A stretch of DNA of 64,000 nucleotides, taken from Patescibacteria group bacterium. Its GTDB lineage: Bacteria; Patescibacteriota; Patescibacteriia; UM-FILTER-42-10. How positions within the stretch are numbered: the stretch's first letter is position 1; every line of letters starts with the position of its first letter. This document shows positions 51,021 to 58,988 of the stretch, piece after piece. Where the stretch lies: contig JBAYKW010000001.1 of NCBI GenBank assembly GCA_041664365.1, positions 7,168-71,167 of the forward strand, read 5' to 3'. Position numbers and translations under genes: made by a program. The notes under the pieces were generated by a model. It ran no database searches, had not been told where the DNA came from, and saw only the letters and a program-made list of their open reading frames with translations.

Positions 51021-51047
51021 TTGACACATTTTAGTCGGTATTATAAT
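51021..51047 (+). promoter_or_regulatory. TTGACA-N15-TATAAT promoter for RidA gene
   Basis: TTGACA at 51021-51026, TATAAT at 51042-51047. GGGAGG RBS at 51099-51104. Confidence 0.45.
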
Positions 51048-51110
51048 ATTGCTAACCGTTCGCGCCTGTATTTGCAGGCATTTGCTGTGTCCGCAATCCG
51101 GGAGGTTACA

Positions 51111-51506
51111 ATGCCCAAGAAACAGAAGCCCGCGGGGATCCTCGCGATGGAGAGTGTCGGTCAGCCGTTTTCGACCTGCGTGCAGATCGGCAACCACTTC
51201 CACTTCTCCGGCACGGTCGGCCGGGTCGTCGACGGCAGGGTCGTCGGTGATCTCGAAGAGCAGATCGAGGAGATCTTCACCAAGATGGATAGCATGCTGG
51301 GCGTCTGCGAACTGTACCCCGACGATGTCTTCAGCGCCACGATCCTGCTGGCCGGCGACATGTCGGGCTACGGTCTCGTCAACACGAGCTGGAATCTGTT
51401 CTTCCGGTCCGCGGAGATCATGCCCCGTCGCAAGGCCTACGCCGTGAGCGCGCTGCCCTTCGACGCGCTGATCGAGATCGAGTTCGACGCGGTCAAGCAG
51501 GACTGA
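51111..51506 (+). CDS. RidA/YjgF/L-PSP family protein (GC-rich)
   Basis: Start at the ATG following GGGAGGTTACA. C-terminal AYAVSALPFDALIEIE resembles the RidA signature. The track's overlapping ORFs (51006, 51049) are alternative frames in GC-rich DNA. Confidence 0.7.
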   Translation: MPKKQKPAGILAMESVGQPFSTCVQIGNHFHFSGTVGRVVDGRVVGDLEEQIEEIFTKMDSMLGVCELYPDDVFSATILLAGDMSGYGLVNTSWNLFFRSAEIMPRRKAYAVSALPFDALIEIEFDAVKQD

Positions 51507-51534
51507 ACGCCCAAGCGGAACAAGCTGTACACAA

Positions 51535-51566
51535 GAGGATTCCATCCGGGGTCCTCATTTTTTATT
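51535..51566 (+). terminator. hairpin gaggattcc-atcc-ggggtcctc + ATTTTTTATT
   Basis: 9-bp stem with 2 G·U pairs, then a T6 tract. Confidence 0.5.
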
Positions 51567-51568
51567 AT

Positions 51569-51657
51569 AAAAAGCCATCATTTTGTGGCTCATGGGGAAA
51601 TAGGATAATAATCTTTACAACAAAACAGGCTCTGAATGTTTCAGGGCTTGTTTTAGA
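51569..51657 (+). repeat. direct duplicate of 50152-50240 (last 11 codons of the OTC-like gene plus its terminator)
   Basis: aaaagccatcattttgtggctcatggggaaatag is identical in both copies. The terminators acaaaacaggctctgaat(a/g)tttcagggcttgtttt are near-identical. The 16-nt spacer between has diverged. Confidence 0.7.
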
Positions 51658-51676
51658 TTTTTAGGTTTATTAGAAA

Positions 51677-52993
51677 TCAGCAACCATTGCGAGTACTACG
51701 AATGTAGGACGATGCAATCCTGATACTTTTTGACTTAAGTGCATTATCCCTAGGATCTTTTTTTGTCTCACCTTTTTTATTAATATTCTTATAATTTGTA
51801 AGACTTTCTGTAAATGTCGGCATTCCAATTTTAACTAGGGTATCTTTAGTTACATCACCATTAGTAGGCTTAAGTCCATATTTTTTTAATACTTTCTTTA
51901 TTACCGATTGAAGGCTATCGTCTAAAACAGAGTAATGTGATTTTTCATAATTAGTATAATAGTATGTTGCTCCCCAATTATCAACTCGAGTTTTCAGATA
52001 GTTGAGTGTTTTAAATAGACCATTTCTGTTTACTATTTTTATATCTTTAATAATTTTCTTAAATGCATTTGGCACAGGATATATTTTACTGCCTCGGAAT
52101 TTGATTCCAAGAAATTCAAAATCACTTCTCTCTATAGTGCAATACTTGTTATTATCCTTTGGTTTACTTATTGATAATGGATGTAATTTAAGTCGTAGTT
52201 TGTTCTCAATAATTTCTTTAGCAACTTTATGCATTTTTACTGCCTCTTCTTTTGTCTTGCACATAATAATAAAATCGTCTGCATAACGTACCATTTTATA
52301 ATTATGTTTTATCATTATCTCATCTAGTGGGTATAAATAAATGTTTGCAAATAATGGTGAAAGTATCCCTCCTTGAGGTATTCCGCCCTCTTTTGTCACG
52401 AAATTATCATATTCTCCAATTAAAATAAGATCATTCTTGTTACCTATCTCATTAATCAATGCACCTTCAATCAACTTATTTATTGATTTATCAGGTAAAC
52501 AAGGAAAAACATAATTATTTAGTAGATTAGAGACATCTATAGTATCAAAAAATTTTCTAATATCTGCATTATACACCCATTCATAACCGTGTTTTTTATA
52601 AAGTACAATTCTATCAACAGCATCTTTAACACGCTTTTTTTTAATGTATGCAAAACTTACAGGATTATCAATGTTATATCTTACTTTGATATAGTCAAAA
52701 ATTACAAGTTCAATTGCTTTTTGAACAACTCTGTCACGAACTGCGGGTATTTTGATAGCTCTAGTTTTCGATCCTTTCTTTAAAGGATAGCCTCTTAATG
52801 CTAAAAATTTGTATTTATTGTTAAGTAGATCTTTTCTAATAAAATTAAGCTGATTTTTTAAGTCATTTTCGAAATCCTCTATTGTCTGATTATCAATGCC
52901 TTTAGATTTATCTCTATGCTTTATTGAATCCCAAGAAAGTCGCAAATTATTTTGAGTTGCGACTTTTTTAAGTAGATTATTCGTTTTTTTCAT
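51677..52993 (-). CDS. group II intron-type reverse transcriptase/maturase (no endonuclease domain)
   Basis: RT motifs TRAIKIPAVRDRVVQKA, GIPQGGILSPLFANIYL and RYADDFIIMC (YADD). Maturase X-like NWGATYYYTN. 438 aa. Confidence 0.75.
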   Translation of the reverse strand: MKKTNNLLKKVATQNNLRLSWDSIKHRDKSKGIDNQTIEDFENDLKNQLNFIRKDLLNNKYKFLALRGYPLKKGSKTRAIKIPAVRDRVVQKAIELVIFDYIKVRYNIDNPVSFAYIKKKRVKDAVDRIVLYKKHGYEWVYNADIRKFFDTIDVSNLLNNYVFPCLPDKSINKLIEGALINEIGNKNDLILIGEYDNFVTKEGGIPQGGILSPLFANIYLYPLDEIMIKHNYKMVRYADDFIIMCKTKEEAVKMHKVAKEIIENKLRLKLHPLSISKPKDNNKYCTIERSDFEFLGIKFRGSKIYPVPNAFKKIIKDIKIVNRNGLFKTLNYLKTRVDNWGATYYYTNYEKSHYSVLDDSLQSVIKKVLKKYGLKPTNGDVTKDTLVKIGMPTFTESLTNYKNINKKGETKKDPRDNALKSKSIRIASSYIRSTRNGC

Positions 52994-53052
52994 AATTAGT
53001 ACCCCTAAGCTCTCCGGCTGGTCTGCACCAGTGTAACCTGCTTTTAAGGATA

Positions 53053-53215
53053 TAGTGCAGTCTTAGAGTTGGTAACATTCAGGCTGATGGTTATAACCAT
53101 TAACATTATTGTCAGCATTCTGAGACTTAAGCTACTTAGTACCTTGTAGATTGAATTATACCGATTCATCGTGAATTGGCAAATATTGTCTATTTTGGTG
53201 TTTAAATAAGCAGCT
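53053..53215. repeat. tandem direct repeat copy A (~158 bp)
   Basis: Differs from copy B at only 3 positions (tta/atg and a/g). Confidence 0.7.
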
Positions 53216-53372
53216 AAATTTACTCGGCCGCCGATATCCGCCAAAATGCTATCGGCTTCCGGCGCTATTTTTCGCCATTCCATGTTCTTTGCTGTTAATA
53301 ATAATTCTTGTTCCGCCAATCCGGAGGCTTGGGCGCTACAATTAGCGGTTCCAGAATAAAGCAAGTTACATG

Positions 53373-53535
53373 CAGTCTTAGAGTTGGTAACATTCAGGCT
53401 GATGGTTATAACCATTAACATTATTGTCAGCATTCTGAGACTTAAGCTACTTAGTACCTTGTAGATTGAAATGTACCGATTCGTCGTGAATTGGCAAATA
53501 TTGTCTATTTTGGTGTTTAATAGCATATACAAAAT
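53373..53535. repeat. tandem direct repeat copy B (~158 bp)
   Basis: Near-identical to 53053-53215. A 157-bp more GC-rich spacer separates the copies. Confidence 0.7.
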
Positions 53536-53656
53536 AACATAGAATATAGTTTTGTCAACTCCATTAGTATACTAATCGATATCAATCCGTGATCATAGAA
53601 TCGAGAATAACCAAAACAACGCATTTAGAAATTATTGATAATAACTATTTTTCGTT

Positions 53657-54091
53657 CTAGCAATCCTTCTTCTCATCTTTTTCCGACTGCGCCAGTAAAT
53701 ACTCCAAGACCTTGTATTCCGAAAGTTCTTCTACATTCGACTTTTTAATTAATCTATCGAAGTATAAAACTAAAAACAAAACAATGAAGAGTGATATAGT
53801 AACATACCAATTCATAGAATGAATGACTTCATTCAAAGCATTTAATAGTAAACTACCAGTTATACCTAGAGCGAATCCAAATGTAACTGATACCAACGTT
53901 TGTCTATCTTGTTTGATATTATTCAAAGCATTTTGCAATCCGATATTTTCTATATCAAAAGCTGCTATGTATTTTTCAACTACAGCATTTTGTTGATTAG
54001 CCGAAAGTTTCTGCCACAACTTCTTATTGGAGCGCTTTAGTCTTTTAGTAATTTCTTTCCTAAGGTCATTTTCCCTCTTTTGTAAATTCAT
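53657..54091 (-). CDS. small membrane protein (2 TM), last gene of defence-like operon
   Basis: 144 aa with a charged N-terminal half and two hydrophobic helices. Confidence 0.45.
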   Translation of the reverse strand: MNLQKRENDLRKEITKRLKRSNKKLWQKLSANQQNAVVEKYIAAFDIENIGLQNALNNIKQDRQTLVSVTFGFALGITGSLLLNALNEVIHSMNWYVTISLFIVLFLVLYFDRLIKKSNVEELSEYKVLEYLLAQSEKDEKKDC

Positions 54092-54100
54092 AATGATAAT

Positions 54101-54646
54101 CTAATTTTTAATTTTCTTCGCGATCCATGCTCCGCCCCCAATAAGTATTCCTAAGCCTACAGCCCAATCCGTGAATGATCCTGAATTGTTTGACGAATTA
54201 GTGCTTGCAGAATTTGTCGGGGTAATCTGATTTGCTAAAGTCGCTGCACCTTTTACTTCGCCTTGATCATCAGTTTGTACAGAAGCCTCATCAAGTTCTC
54301 TTTGTAAATTTTCTTTTTCTTCTTCCAGTCTTTTGATTTCCGTTTGCTGATTTTCGTACTCAGTTTTGGCATTTGAATAATCAGCGTAAGAATAATATGT
54401 CCTACCATTAAATTCATAGGTTATTGGTGTTGGGGCGGTGTATGTTTCTGCCTCTTCTTCTGTTCCATTACATTCTGGATAATATGGCGCACATGTAGCG
54501 GATAATGGCGTGCCATCACAACAACCACAACCACATACCCCATCATGATGTGAACAGCATCCACTTCTTGCATCTGCATTATATTGTGGCAATAACAAAA
54601 ACAACCCAAATATGAAGATACTTAGGATATAATGCACTTTTTTCAT
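54101..54646 (-). CDS. secreted Cys-rich, coiled-coil protein with C-terminal membrane anchor
   Basis: Signal peptide; CCSHHDGVCGCGCCDG…C…C; EIKRLEEEKENLQRELDEA coiled coil; C-terminal hydrophobic GLGILIGGGAWIAKKI. Confidence 0.45.
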   Translation of the reverse strand: MKKVHYILSIFIFGLFLLLPQYNADARSGCCSHHDGVCGCGCCDGTPLSATCAPYYPECNGTEEEAETYTAPTPITYEFNGRTYYSYADYSNAKTEYENQQTEIKRLEEEKENLQRELDEASVQTDDQGEVKGAATLANQITPTNSASTNSSNNSGSFTDWAVGLGILIGGGAWIAKKIKN

Positions 54647-54789
54647 TGTGATTTGCCCAATAGTTAGCTATATTTCAACACTACTCCAACTTATCCTAGA
54701 AATCAAGAAAACCGCTTTTGGAGGATGCTTAATTAACCTCTGTACAGACACAATATTTCTGTTTAGGAACCATCATGTAGTAATCTGTG

Positions 54790-55761
54790 TCAAATCAATC
54801 TACTAACAGAAAAACCGTCTACTTTTTTCGTGCTCTTGTTTATTTTAATACTTATATTTTTAACTACACTTGGAAGTATTTCATCAACAGATTTATCAAG
54901 ATTTATTGAATCACCTGAACAGGTAATACTAATTGCAATGCTACAATTCACATACACGTAATAGTACTTTTCATCAGCTTTATATATATAATAATTCCAT
55001 ATAAATACATCATTGTATTCATGATCAACAATATTTTCAAGTTGTATATTTCTGTCTATATTAACTGCGAAGAATAATTCTTCAGGGTATACAAGATTAT
55101 TTATATCATTTAATCCTATCTCCTCAATCATCAGCGATAAGTATTGCTCATTAATAAATTCTATCTTTTCAGCATAATCTGTTAAAAATTTATCTAATAA
55201 ATTATAAAAATAAACATCAGATTCTTTTCTTAATTCTTCATGTAACTCATCTGAATCACCAAAAGCATTTCTATCATTTGAGATAAAACATAAATCATTA
55301 CATTTATTGCGAGCAAATTTAACTTCCTCCCATATTATGAAATCTCGAAATCCAATGTCACTATACTTTTTAGTAGAGTGGAAAGGAGGTTTATTATTTA
55401 ATGATCTACTTATAATTTGTGGGACTAGTACAGGACAGCTTAAATTATCAATAATCTCTATATTCTTATTTTCTACTATCTTTAGCAACCTTTTTTTGTA
55501 TCCAGTTACTTCATTATTTTTAAGCGTAATTTCGCTTGATGTAGATATTTTCAATTTCTTTTTGAATTCTTTCAATGACTTTTCTATATCTTTACAGTCA
55601 TCAATTTCTTTACTGAAGTTTTTTATTGTTTCAGATATCACAATGTCAGGAATAAATAGTTTCGATTTAGTTTTTTTTAAATACGCAAATAATGCTTGGA
55701 ATCTTGGAGTATCAAGATAGTAATTATCTTTTAATTCAGTTGAATCAAGAATTATATTCAT
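54790..55761 (-). CDS. PIN-like (DUF4935-type) domain protein
   Basis: Conserved acidic positions in MNIILDSTEL, IPDIVISETIKNF, IGFRDFIIWEEV and CFISNDRN fit a PIN-like nuclease fold. 323 aa. Confidence 0.4.
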   Translation of the reverse strand: MNIILDSTELKDNYYLDTPRFQALFAYLKKTKSKLFIPDIVISETIKNFSKEIDDCKDIEKSLKEFKKKLKISTSSEITLKNNEVTGYKKRLLKIVENKNIEIIDNLSCPVLVPQIISRSLNNKPPFHSTKKYSDIGFRDFIIWEEVKFARNKCNDLCFISNDRNAFGDSDELHEELRKESDVYFYNLLDKFLTDYAEKIEFINEQYLSLMIEEIGLNDINNLVYPEELFFAVNIDRNIQLENIVDHEYNDVFIWNYYIYKADEKYYYVYVNCSIAISITCSGDSINLDKSVDEILPSVVKNISIKINKSTKKVDGFSVSRLI

Positions 55762-55781
55762 TAAAATATTATTAAATTATA

Positions 55782-56888
55782 CTAAATTTGGGAGAATCCC
55801 AAATCCTTTCCAATTGGCTTGAGCACCCCATCATTTACAGTTGCAATACCAAGATCTAGCGAATTAATAAACTGTATGTATTTATCATCACGCGGTTCAC
55901 GAGAAGGTGTAAGTATTTTGTATTGATCACTGAATTTAAGATTTTTTTCTTTTTTAAATTTGTTAATCTCAAAATAGTCATATTCATATAATTGAACAAT
56001 TGCTTTCCTTGCCTGTGATCTAAAATTTCTATTTTCAGTACTTTTTACTTCAAATAAGAATGAGCGTTTTTCATCATGTGCAAATAAATCAACAAATTCA
56101 TTTGATAAGGTTGCATATCCTTTTTTTCTAAAAATATCGATTAGATTTTGCAAAACTGAATAGTGGGATGATTCTGCCCTCGCAAGAATCTCATTATCTC
56201 TTGTTATTATAGAATGTGGCTTAGTGATAATTCTTTCATTAATTTCATTTATAAACCTTAATGACGCTGCGTGACGCAGTGTCTCAGTCGCATTATGTAC
56301 TTCATAAAAATCAGATGGCTTATCCTGTATAATATTTCCTCTTGTTGAGTGTCCAGAATATAAATATAATGATCTCTGTCTGAATAATATTTGTTTCGCA
56401 ACCTCTGGTGAAACTTTTGAGAAACTACCCATTCGTGGGAAGCCTTCTATTTCCGATACTGGTATTGAGTTTTCAACCAGTTTATCAATTAAATGAGCTG
56501 TCTGTTCATTATTATTTGGATTAGGGGATTCCCAAGTTGCTGGATCGGGTATTTCACCAAATAAATATATTTCTGTTAGTGGAACTAATAATGGCCATCT
56601 ATTTTCATTATGTTTAACTTCGTAATGCCATAAATAATTATCTTTAATTGAAAAATGAAACCCAACGACCCCTATTCCTATAATCCCGGATTTTGCATTT
56701 CGAAATGCAGAGTTATTTGAGCCAGTACTATGGATAAAAAAGATATCACCAGTCTGTATTTTCCCCCATCTTTCCTTTAAATGTGATTCCAATCCCCATG
56801 TCATGTACTTAAAAGCAGTCAGCCAATGCTCAGGTGGACCTGTAAATCTAAATAATTGTTTTGTGCTTATAGCTGAACTTAAATTCAT
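55782..56888 (-). CDS. PUA-like (EVE/ASCH-type) domain fused to PD-(D/E)xK nuclease - candidate modification-dependent restriction enzyme
   Basis: Start taken at MNLSSAIS (overlaps the MazG stop as TAAtATG). N-terminus FRFTGPPEHWLTAFKYMTWGLES…GDIFFIHSTG…IIGIGVV is PUA-like. C-terminus FVDLFAHDEKRSFLFEVKST…QLYEY carries a D…EVK nuclease motif. Confidence 0.45.
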   Translation of the reverse strand: MNLSSAISTKQLFRFTGPPEHWLTAFKYMTWGLESHLKERWGKIQTGDIFFIHSTGSNNSAFRNAKSGIIGIGVVGFHFSIKDNYLWHYEVKHNENRWPLLVPLTEIYLFGEIPDPATWESPNPNNNEQTAHLIDKLVENSIPVSEIEGFPRMGSFSKVSPEVAKQILFRQRSLYLYSGHSTRGNIIQDKPSDFYEVHNATETLRHAASLRFINEINERIITKPHSIITRDNEILARAESSHYSVLQNLIDIFRKKGYATLSNEFVDLFAHDEKRSFLFEVKSTENRNFRSQARKAIVQLYEYDYFEINKFKKEKNLKFSDQYKILTPSREPRDDKYIQFINSLDLGIATVNDGVLKPIGKDLGFSQI

Positions 56889-56889
56889 A

Positions 56890-57237
56890 TTACAAATTTG
56901 TATATTTTGTGTGTTTACCCTTTGCTTTGTCAATTGGATACTTTTCTTCATTCTTTTTAATCTTTTTCTCAAGCGCTTCTTCAATATCAATATTCAAATC
57001 ATTACTCATTAATAGCACCCAGTATAAAACATCCGCCAACTCTTCTCCAATATCCGATTTGTTTGTATCAATATATTTTTTTATCTCTTCATCATTCTTC
57101 CATTGGAAATGTTCCATAACTTCTCCTGCCTCAAGCATAAGCGATAATGCGACGTCTTTTGGATTGTGAAATTGTTTCCAATCTCGGGCATCCCTGAAAG
57201 CAATTACTTGTTTTATTAATTCTTCAATATTTTTCAT
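56890..57237 (-). CDS. MazG-like nucleotide pyrophosphohydrolase
   Basis: Motifs RDARDWKQFH…LMLEAGEVMEHF…EELADVLYWVLLMSNDLNID. Confidence 0.65.
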   Translation of the reverse strand: MKNIEELIKQVIAFRDARDWKQFHNPKDVALSLMLEAGEVMEHFQWKNDEEIKKYIDTNKSDIGEELADVLYWVLLMSNDLNIDIEEALEKKIKKNEEKYPIDKAKGKHTKYTNL

Positions 57238-57394
57238 ATAGTTTAAATAATGCTTATATATATAACAATCCTACGCCCATATTAGCCAATTATCAAGCTC
57301 TTTTTTGTTGAGGAAATAATAGCAAAATAACCATAAAACCTGGGGGCCGGGGCCACATGAAGGATGATAGAGAGAATCAGGATAAGACCCCCGG

Positions 57395-57475
57395 AATTAA
57401 TTCACTTATTTCAAAGAGTAACGGGATTGCTTCATCCTACATTCGTAGGACTCGCAATGGTTACTGCTATCTGTA
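57395..57475 (+). mobile_element. remnant of a second group II intron RT 3' end, inverted relative to the intact copy
   Basis: gggattgcttcatcctacattcgtaggactcgcaatggttactg matches the reverse complement of 51677-51722 (RT C-terminus …IASSYIR.TRNG). It abuts the miaA stop. Confidence 0.5.
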
Positions 57476-57489
57476 TTGGTGTGAGGGGA

Positions 57490-58368
57490 TTATCCCAGAA
57501 AATCAGCAACTAGTGCTTCCGCCTCTTGGGTGCTTTTAACCCATTTTATCCGACCGTCGCGCTTGAACCATGTCATTTGCCGTTTGGCGTAATGATGGGA
57601 GTCGTTCTTAATACTGGCTATCGCATCATCAAGTGACAGCTCATGCTTAAAATAGGCGGAAAGCTGTTTGTAGCCGATCGCGGACATTGCAGGGATCTCC
57701 CAGCCGTATTGCTCGCCCAGTGCTTTCACCTCATCTACCAAGCCCTCTTGAATCATCTCATCCACTCGGCGGTCGATGCGGTCATACATTTCTTCCCGGG
57801 ATAATTTGATGCCGATTTGCAGGGCATCTAAGTTCGGTGATTTTTTCCCCTTTAGTTCCGAATACTTCTCGCCGGATATTTTGAAAACTTCTATTGCCCG
57901 GATCAGCCGGCGTTTATTATTAATATCTATTTCCTGTGCCGATTTATAGTCCAGCTGAATCAGCATCTTGAACAGCTCTTCGGCGGTCTTTTCTTCCAAT
58001 TTGTTACGTAAAACTTTATCGACTCCTCCTTTGGGGATGTCCAGATTATCCACGATGGACTGGATGTAGAGGCCGGTACCGCCGACCAGGAAGGGTAGTT
58101 TTTCTTTTTCTTCGTTGATGATGGCGAAGACTGTTTTCTGAAACTGCGCCAGACTGAATTCCTGATCCGGGTCCATAATGTCAATCATCCGGTGAGTAAT
58201 GCCCTGCCATTTGTCTTTGGTTAATTTTCCGGTGCCGATATCCATACCGCGGTAAACCTGGCGGGAGTCGGCAGAGATTATATATCCGTTAAATTTCTTC
58301 GCCAAGGCTAAAGACATGCCGGTTTTACCGGCGGCGGTTGGTCCTAGGATGACGACGATTTTTTTCAT
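57490..58368 (-). CDS. miaA: tRNA dimethylallyltransferase
   Basis: P-loop ILGPTAAGKT and the MiaA fold. 292 aa. Confidence 0.9.
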   Translation of the reverse strand: MKKIVVILGPTAAGKTGMSLALAKKFNGYIISADSRQVYRGMDIGTGKLTKDKWQGITHRMIDIMDPDQEFSLAQFQKTVFAIINEEKEKLPFLVGGTGLYIQSIVDNLDIPKGGVDKVLRNKLEEKTAEELFKMLIQLDYKSAQEIDINNKRRLIRAIEVFKISGEKYSELKGKKSPNLDALQIGIKLSREEMYDRIDRRVDEMIQEGLVDEVKALGEQYGWEIPAMSAIGYKQLSAYFKHELSLDDAIASIKNDSHHYAKRQMTWFKRDGRIKWVKSTQEAEALVADFLG

Positions 58369-58445
58369 TGACCTCTAAATAAGTTTATGTTAAATTATGA
58401 TACTTCGACCGTGCCTTTGGATTCACTCTGACAGGAGGTCATTGC

Positions 58446-58964
58446 ATGGTTTTCTTGCTGGACGAGCTATTCTTCGTCTGGTCAGCCATCTGGCAGGAAG
58501 AGGTAACGGCCTTCGCCGTCTTTCTAGCCGGGTATGGCTTCTGGAGGGGGTTCTTCACACTGCTCATCGGCTCGAGCATCGGCATGTCGCTGATGTTCTA
58601 CTTCCCCGAGATGCTCCTGTGGCTGGGCGAGCAGATAATCGTGCTTACCAAGCGCGTCCTCCGGCAGAACGGCGCCAATGGCCGTTCACAACAGATGGAG
58701 CTACGACTTGTCGCAATCAACGCTGGTCTGCAGAGATTTCGCGACATGCTGACTGGTTACATTGTGAACAGCCGGTACCCCAGCGTCGTGATCTTCATCC
58801 TGGTCGCCATCCCGCTCCTGCCGTACGCAGTCACGGTCTCCATCATCACTGCGCGGCTTCTGAAACTGCCGCGCGCGTTCCTGCTCATTTTCACAGGGAA
58901 CATGGTCGGTGTTCTGACCACAGCTCTCATGTCTTACCACCTGTTCTCACTTTTCAATCGTTAA
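58446..58964 (+). CDS. GC-rich small polytopic membrane protein (DedA/VTT-like?)
   Basis: AGGAGG RBS and about 5 TM helices. Flanked by AT-rich DNA with a TATGATACT -10-like at 58410-58418 and a terminator hairpin + TTATTTTTTT at 58965-58996. The 58397 frame is a shadow ORF. Confidence 0.5.
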   Translation: MVFLLDELFFVWSAIWQEEVTAFAVFLAGYGFWRGFFTLLIGSSIGMSLMFYFPEMLLWLGEQIIVLTKRVLRQNGANGRSQQMELRLVAINAGLQRFRDMLTGYIVNSRYPSVVIFILVAIPLLPYAVTVSIITARLLKLPRAFLLIFTGNMVGVLTTALMSYHLFSLFNR

Positions 58965-58988
58965 GCTTTGCTCCCGGCTGGACAAGGC

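Larger units (their letters stand above)
51657..53650 (-). mobile_element. putative group II intron (or retroelement) body carrying the RT ORF; ribozyme domains not identified by eye
   Basis: The RT ORF is flanked by ~650 nt of non-coding DNA 5' (on the - strand). No convincing domain V or GUGYG 5' end was found, so boundaries are uncertain. Confidence 0.3.

Noticed and set aside
51006-51506. Longer starts for the RidA gene (51006) and overlapping 51049..51447 frame
   Set aside because: The ATG at 51111 has a GGGAGG RBS at correct spacing. The upstream extension would run through the promoter, and the 51049 frame is an Arg/Ser-rich shadow.
51540-51680. Group II intron domain V in the stretch 3' of the RT ORF
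   Set aside because: The only hairpin there (caagccctgaaacattcagagcctg on the - strand) is the reverse face of the + strand terminator. It is too short (25 nt) and has A·C mismatches instead of the DV bulge/GNRA loop.
53044-53532. 162-aa minus-strand ORF from the ORF track
   Set aside because: It spans both copies of the tandem repeat, so its internal repetition is a duplication artefact. At most the shorter M-E-W-R… reading from 53283 might be real, and even that is unsupported.
53053-53535. Diversity-generating retroelement (TR/VR pair) next to the reverse transcriptase
   Set aside because: The two 158-bp copies differ at only 3 positions (t/a, a/g, a/g). These are not consistently adenine-specific on either strand. 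DGR VR/TR pairs normally show many A-to-N differences and the VR lies at the 3' end of a target gene. A plain tandem duplication is more likely.
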